A stretch of 64,000 bases of DNA from Spirochaetota bacterium (lineage in GTDB: Bacteria > Spirochaetota > UBA4802 > UBA5550): the NCBI GenBank assembly GCA_963664815.2, contig CAXXHB010000003.1, positions 2,976,001 through 3,040,000 of the forward strand, written 5' to 3'. Positions 60,591-64,000 of this stretch are shown piece by piece (within the stretch, counting starts at the first letter, position 1; each line of letters begins with the position of its first letter). The notes below the pieces were generated by a model, which was not told the origin of the DNA, ran no database searches, and was given only the letters and a program-made list of their open reading frames with translations. The position numbers and the translations under genes were made by a program.

Positions 60591-61580
60591 CTAATAATTA
60601 TTCTTCAGATCCTTTATATCTTCTTCAACCATCATTTTTACAAGTTCTTTAAACTTATATTTAGGAGAAAATCCAAATGTTTTTTGTGCTTTTGAAGTAT
60701 CTGCAGCTAAAATGCTATTCGTAGCAGGCCTCAATAATGATTGATCGATCTCCACATAATCTTCAACTTTGAGGTTTACAATTTTAAAAGCTTCATCAAG
60801 AAATTCCTTTACAGTATGAGTTTCACCAGTACCTATAACAAAATCATCAGGTTTTTCAAGTTGCATTATATTCCATGCTGCTTCCATATACTCTCTGGCA
60901 TACCCCCAATCAATACTTGCACTTAAATCACCCAATTTCAATTTTTCTTGTTTACCGAGCGAAATTGAAGCTGCTGCCCTGGTTATCTTTCTGGTCACAT
61001 AATCTACAGTTCGTCGAGAAGATTCATGGTTAAAAAATATCGCCGTTGATGCGAAAATCCCAAAAGTTTCACGGTAAAACCTTACGGTATGAAATGCAAA
61101 TATTTTACCGCAGGCATAAATACTTTGTGGTTTAAATTCTGTTTTTTCATTTTGCAATTGTAAATCGGATTGCCCGAACATGTTTGATGAACAGGGTTGA
61201 AAATATTTAATTTTTGGATCTATCTGACGTATCATCTCTAAAATTCGTGCAACTGCTGATGCAGTAATATCACCTGAATATCCGACAATATCATAACTCC
61301 ATCCCACATGATCCTGATCAGCTTCATTGTATATTTCATGAGGACGAACATTATTGATTATACGGTACAACGAAGTAGCATCCGACAAATCTCCTCTTTC
61401 AAGAAAAAAAGTTCTATTAAATATATCCTGGTTATTAATCAAATGATTGATATTTTTTGTATTTCCTGTCGCAGATTTACGTACCATTCCATGAACTTCA
61501 TAGCCCTTCTCAAGCAATAATTCTGCTAAATAGCTTCCATCCTGCCCTGTAACACCAAATATCAATGCCTTCTTTTTCAT
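60591..61580 (-). CDS. gmd: GDP-mannose 4,6-dehydratase-like SDR (atypical active site)
   Basis: GVTGQDGSYLAE, FNHES, VTRKIT, DWGYA; but QPCSSNMFG in place of QASTSELYG. Confidence 0.75.
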   Translation of the reverse strand: MKKKALIFGVTGQDGSYLAELLLEKGYEVHGMVRKSATGNTKNINHLINNQDIFNRTFFLERGDLSDATSLYRIINNVRPHEIYNEADQDHVGWSYDIVGYSGDITASAVARILEMIRQIDPKIKYFQPCSSNMFGQSDLQLQNEKTEFKPQSIYACGKIFAFHTVRFYRETFGIFASTAIFFNHESSRRTVDYVTRKITRAAASISLGKQEKLKLGDLSASIDWGYAREYMEAAWNIMQLEKPDDFVIGTGETHTVKEFLDEAFKIVNLKVEDYVEIDQSLLRPATNSILAADTSKAQKTFGFSPKYKFKELVKMMVEEDIKDLKNNY

Positions 61581-61610
61581 TTTAATCTCTCCGCTTGATA
61601 GAAATCTTTT

Positions 61611-62030
61611 CTATTTAATAAAACTCTGGACAACAAATAATTCAGGTAAATCATCAAAATATTTCCACTCCGAACTTTGGTCATCCAGTTTGATTTCATC
61701 ATCCTGAACAACAACTTTATGGGCAATACTCACTCCCTGGACACCACTTACTAAATTATGAGGGTTCTCTTTAAATGAATACTCAAAAATTCCAATTGGA
61801 AAACAATCCTTTATAGTTAATCCAAGTTCCTGTTTAGCTTTTCGTGCAACAGCTTCTTTTAGACTTTCTCCCTTATTTACACGCCCACCAGGTACAAACC
61901 ACTCGCCCTTTAAGGGATCATTTTTTCTTTTCACGAGTAAATATTGATTTTGCGCATTTGTAATGACCAAATCAACACACAAAATTGGCATTACATCTAA
62001 TATCTGTTTATATAGTTCATCTGGTATCAT
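61611..62030 (-). CDS. GDP-mannose mannosyl hydrolase-like Nudix protein
   Basis: MPILCVD, WFVPGGRVNKGESL...ELGL. Confidence 0.8.
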   Translation of the reverse strand: MIPDELYKQILDVMPILCVDLVITNAQNQYLLVKRKNDPLKGEWFVPGGRVNKGESLKEAVARKAKQELGLTIKDCFPIGIFEYSFKENPHNLVSGVQGVSIAHKVVVQDDEIKLDDQSSEWKYFDDLPELFVVQSFIK

Positions 62031-63229
62031 TCTACTATCCTGAATTCTGGAAATGGAACAATAAATTTACCACCGTTCTTTCTCCATTCACTTTCACGTT
62101 CATACATTTCATCAAAAAACGCCCATGGTAAAACAAGAAAATAATCAGGATTTGCTTTTCGGGCTTCTTCTTCAGAAACAATCGGAATCATTGTCCCCAC
62201 AGTATATTTACCCCATTTTTCAGGACTCCTTTCTGAAGCTCCGGAAACAAGAGTGTGATCAATTCCATAATATTGCAAAGTTGTATTACCCTTTGTTGAT
62301 GCACCTATCACAAAAACTTTCTTACCGTTAGCTACTTCTTTTTTTATAAAAGAGATACATTTTTCTTTTGTATCATTCACTCTCTTAAAAAAATCTTTAT
62401 AATCAGAAATTGAAAATTTTTCATCACATGACACCGGTGTCCCTTTATAATGCCTTGCAAAGATACGGTAACTTCCACCATTAATTTCATTTTCTTCAAT
62501 TTTAAATATTTCAAGTTTATTGTTTTCAAATAAAAATTTCAGCGATTCAAGTGAATAATATTCAAGATGTTCATGGCATATATTTCCCAAATCGTTAGTC
62601 TCAAGCATCTGCCTCAAACACATCAGCTGAGCTATAAATATTCCATCATCATCTAACGCAAGCTGAACATCACGAATAAACTGATTAGGATCTTCCATGT
62701 CATAAAACATACCTATTGCCGTAATAACTTTTGCTTTACCAATACCGGTTGATTTTTCCAGTTTTTCATAATTTTCAATTAACCAAAAATCATTTATAAC
62801 ATGATCAGCCCTTTTATTTAATTCATCCACTAGATTTTTAGCAGGTTCACACCCGATTTTAACGATTTTTTTATTTTTATATGTTTCAAGCAATGTTCCA
62901 TCATTAGCTCCAATATCCAAAACAACATCACCTTCTTTTAAATCTATCAAGCTTTCCACATTTTCAGTAATATTTCTCAATGCTTTTTTCATTGTCTCAG
63001 TTACACCTGACCTGTACCAATAAAATCCAGAATATAAAAGCTCTTGAGGTGCAGTGTGTTTTAACTGTAATAATGAACAATTATGGCAATAAATCATTTC
63101 CAACGGAGCCTGCCTGCCATCCGTCTTTTTTTCAACAAAATCAGAAATGTATAGATTGCCCAATGAAAAAATTGATTCGATTTTGTCAGAGTTGCAAAGT
63201 CTGCAAGTCGATCGAGTGATAATGTTCAT
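62027..63229 (-). CDS. NDP-hexose C-methyltransferase (TylC3/NovU-like)
   Basis: CRLC...CHNC Zn motif, LDIGANDG, ICHEHLEYY, NGGSYR, GASTKGNT. Confidence 0.87.
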   Translation of the reverse strand: MNIITRSTCRLCNSDKIESIFSLGNLYISDFVEKKTDGRQAPLEMIYCHNCSLLQLKHTAPQELLYSGFYWYRSGVTETMKKALRNITENVESLIDLKEGDVVLDIGANDGTLLETYKNKKIVKIGCEPAKNLVDELNKRADHVINDFWLIENYEKLEKSTGIGKAKVITAIGMFYDMEDPNQFIRDVQLALDDDGIFIAQLMCLRQMLETNDLGNICHEHLEYYSLESLKFLFENNKLEIFKIEENEINGGSYRIFARHYKGTPVSCDEKFSISDYKDFFKRVNDTKEKCISFIKKEVANGKKVFVIGASTKGNTTLQYYGIDHTLVSGASERSPEKWGKYTVGTMIPIVSEEEARKANPDYFLVLPWAFFDEMYERESEWRKNGGKFIVPFPEFRIVE

Positions 63230-63313
63230 AGATAGTCTCCACTTAATAATTTGTAAAAATAATAATAATATATTCCTGACGAATAAGCATATTGTTGTAA
63301 GTAACTACTATAT

Positions 63314-64000
63314 TTAATTAAATTTGAAAATCAATGGCTTAATGTAATAAATAGTCTTTTTTAAAACCCCAGTTAAACCAATATCCCGGATTTTTTTTAT
63401 GACTGTTGTAAAGGTAGTAAAAGGATGTCTGAGAAAATAATTCAATCTGATACGTGATTCAGCCCAGAAACGTATATTATCATATTCTTCTTTTGTAAAT
63501 GATGTAAAATTTATTAAAACTTCCGAGTCAGACATATATCCGCCTTCAAGTCTTTCCAAATAATTAATTTCATCAATTATATATTTTTTTTCTATTGCAT
63601 ACGACCATAATTCTGTTCCTGGTAATGGTGTAATTGGAGAAAAAGAAACAAATGCTTCATTAATCTTATTAAAAAATTGTATTGTTTCTTTTATCGTTTT
63701 AATATCTTCACCAGGATAGCCATAAATAAATTGTAAAATTGGATAGATACCGATTTTTTTTGTAATATTAATTACTTCTACAGCTTTTTTAATATCTATC
63801 TGTTTTTTCATTGAATCCAGAATTTTTTGGCTGCCTGATTCAACTCCATAGCCTATTGCAGTACATCCGCTATCCTTCATTTTACGGAGAATTTCTTCAT
63901 CAACTAAATTGATTCTTCCCTGGCAACTCCAATTAATATTCAAAGGTTTAATTAATTCGCAGAGCTCATTAATCCTCTTTTTATTTATTATCAGAAGTTC
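63314..64000 (-). CDS. Radical SAM enzyme, B12-dependent type (partial, 5' end beyond window)
   Basis: Frame open to window edge: ELLIINKKRINELC...WSCQGR, GVESGSQ, GYPGE, PLPGT. Confidence 0.85.
   Translation of the reverse strand, partial: ELLIINKKRINELCELIKPLNINWSCQGRINLVDEEILRKMKDSGCTAIGYGVESGSQKILDSMKKQIDIKKAVEVINITKKIGIYPILQFIYGYPGEDIKTIKETIQFFNKINEAFVSFSPITPLPGTELWSYAIEKKYIIDEINYLERLEGGYMSDSEVLINFTSFTKEEYDNIRFWAESRIRLNYFLRHPFTTFTTVIKKIRDIGLTGVLKKTIYYIKPLIFKFN

Noticed and set aside
1-64000. CRISPR array, tRNA/rRNA, intact transposase, prophage genes, JUMPstart/ops element
   Set aside because: No regularly spaced direct repeats, RNA-gene signatures, transposase/phage ORFs or leader ops motif seen by eye

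Overview
The whole 64-kb window is the interior of a very large surface-glycan (LPS core/O-antigen/capsule) biosynthesis locus. It is AT-rich, almost entirely on the minus strand, and truncated at both ends. The N-termini of RfbB, RfbC and RfbD look spirochaete-like, but that is a low-confidence inference. Modules from left to right: (1) a DegT aminotransferase, rfbB, a wecE-like transaminase and a GtrA/ArnC-like pair; (2) ADP-heptose genes gmhA-hldE-gmhB with a GT9; (3) two Wzx flippases, a ligase/Wzy and several GTs; (4) a GDP-fucose-synthase-like gene with a His-type PLP 3-dehydrase and a GT10; (5) rfbFGH followed by dmpF/dmpG, an HpcH aldolase, a YerE-like ThDP carboligase and two SDRs, which predicts a C4-branched higher-carbon 3,6-dideoxy sugar; (6) wecA and wzz; (7) a cassette with a GacI/GacJ-like GT2+DUF2304 pair, an SMR flippase, a GT-C-like protein, two B12-radical-SAM enzymes, a methyltransferase and an FAD oxidoreductase; (8) a decayed EPS-type MarR pseudogene and an IstB-like fragment, both absent from the ORF track; (9) rfbDCA, a phosphoglycosyl transferase and fnlABC-wbuB; (10) a perosamine-synthase-like gene, a third Wzx, an atypical Gmd (catalytic Glu replaced by Asn), Gmm, a sugar C-methyltransferase and a third radical SAM enzyme. 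No rRNA, tRNA, CRISPR array or intact mobile element was seen. All calls come from reading motifs by eye; no database search was run.
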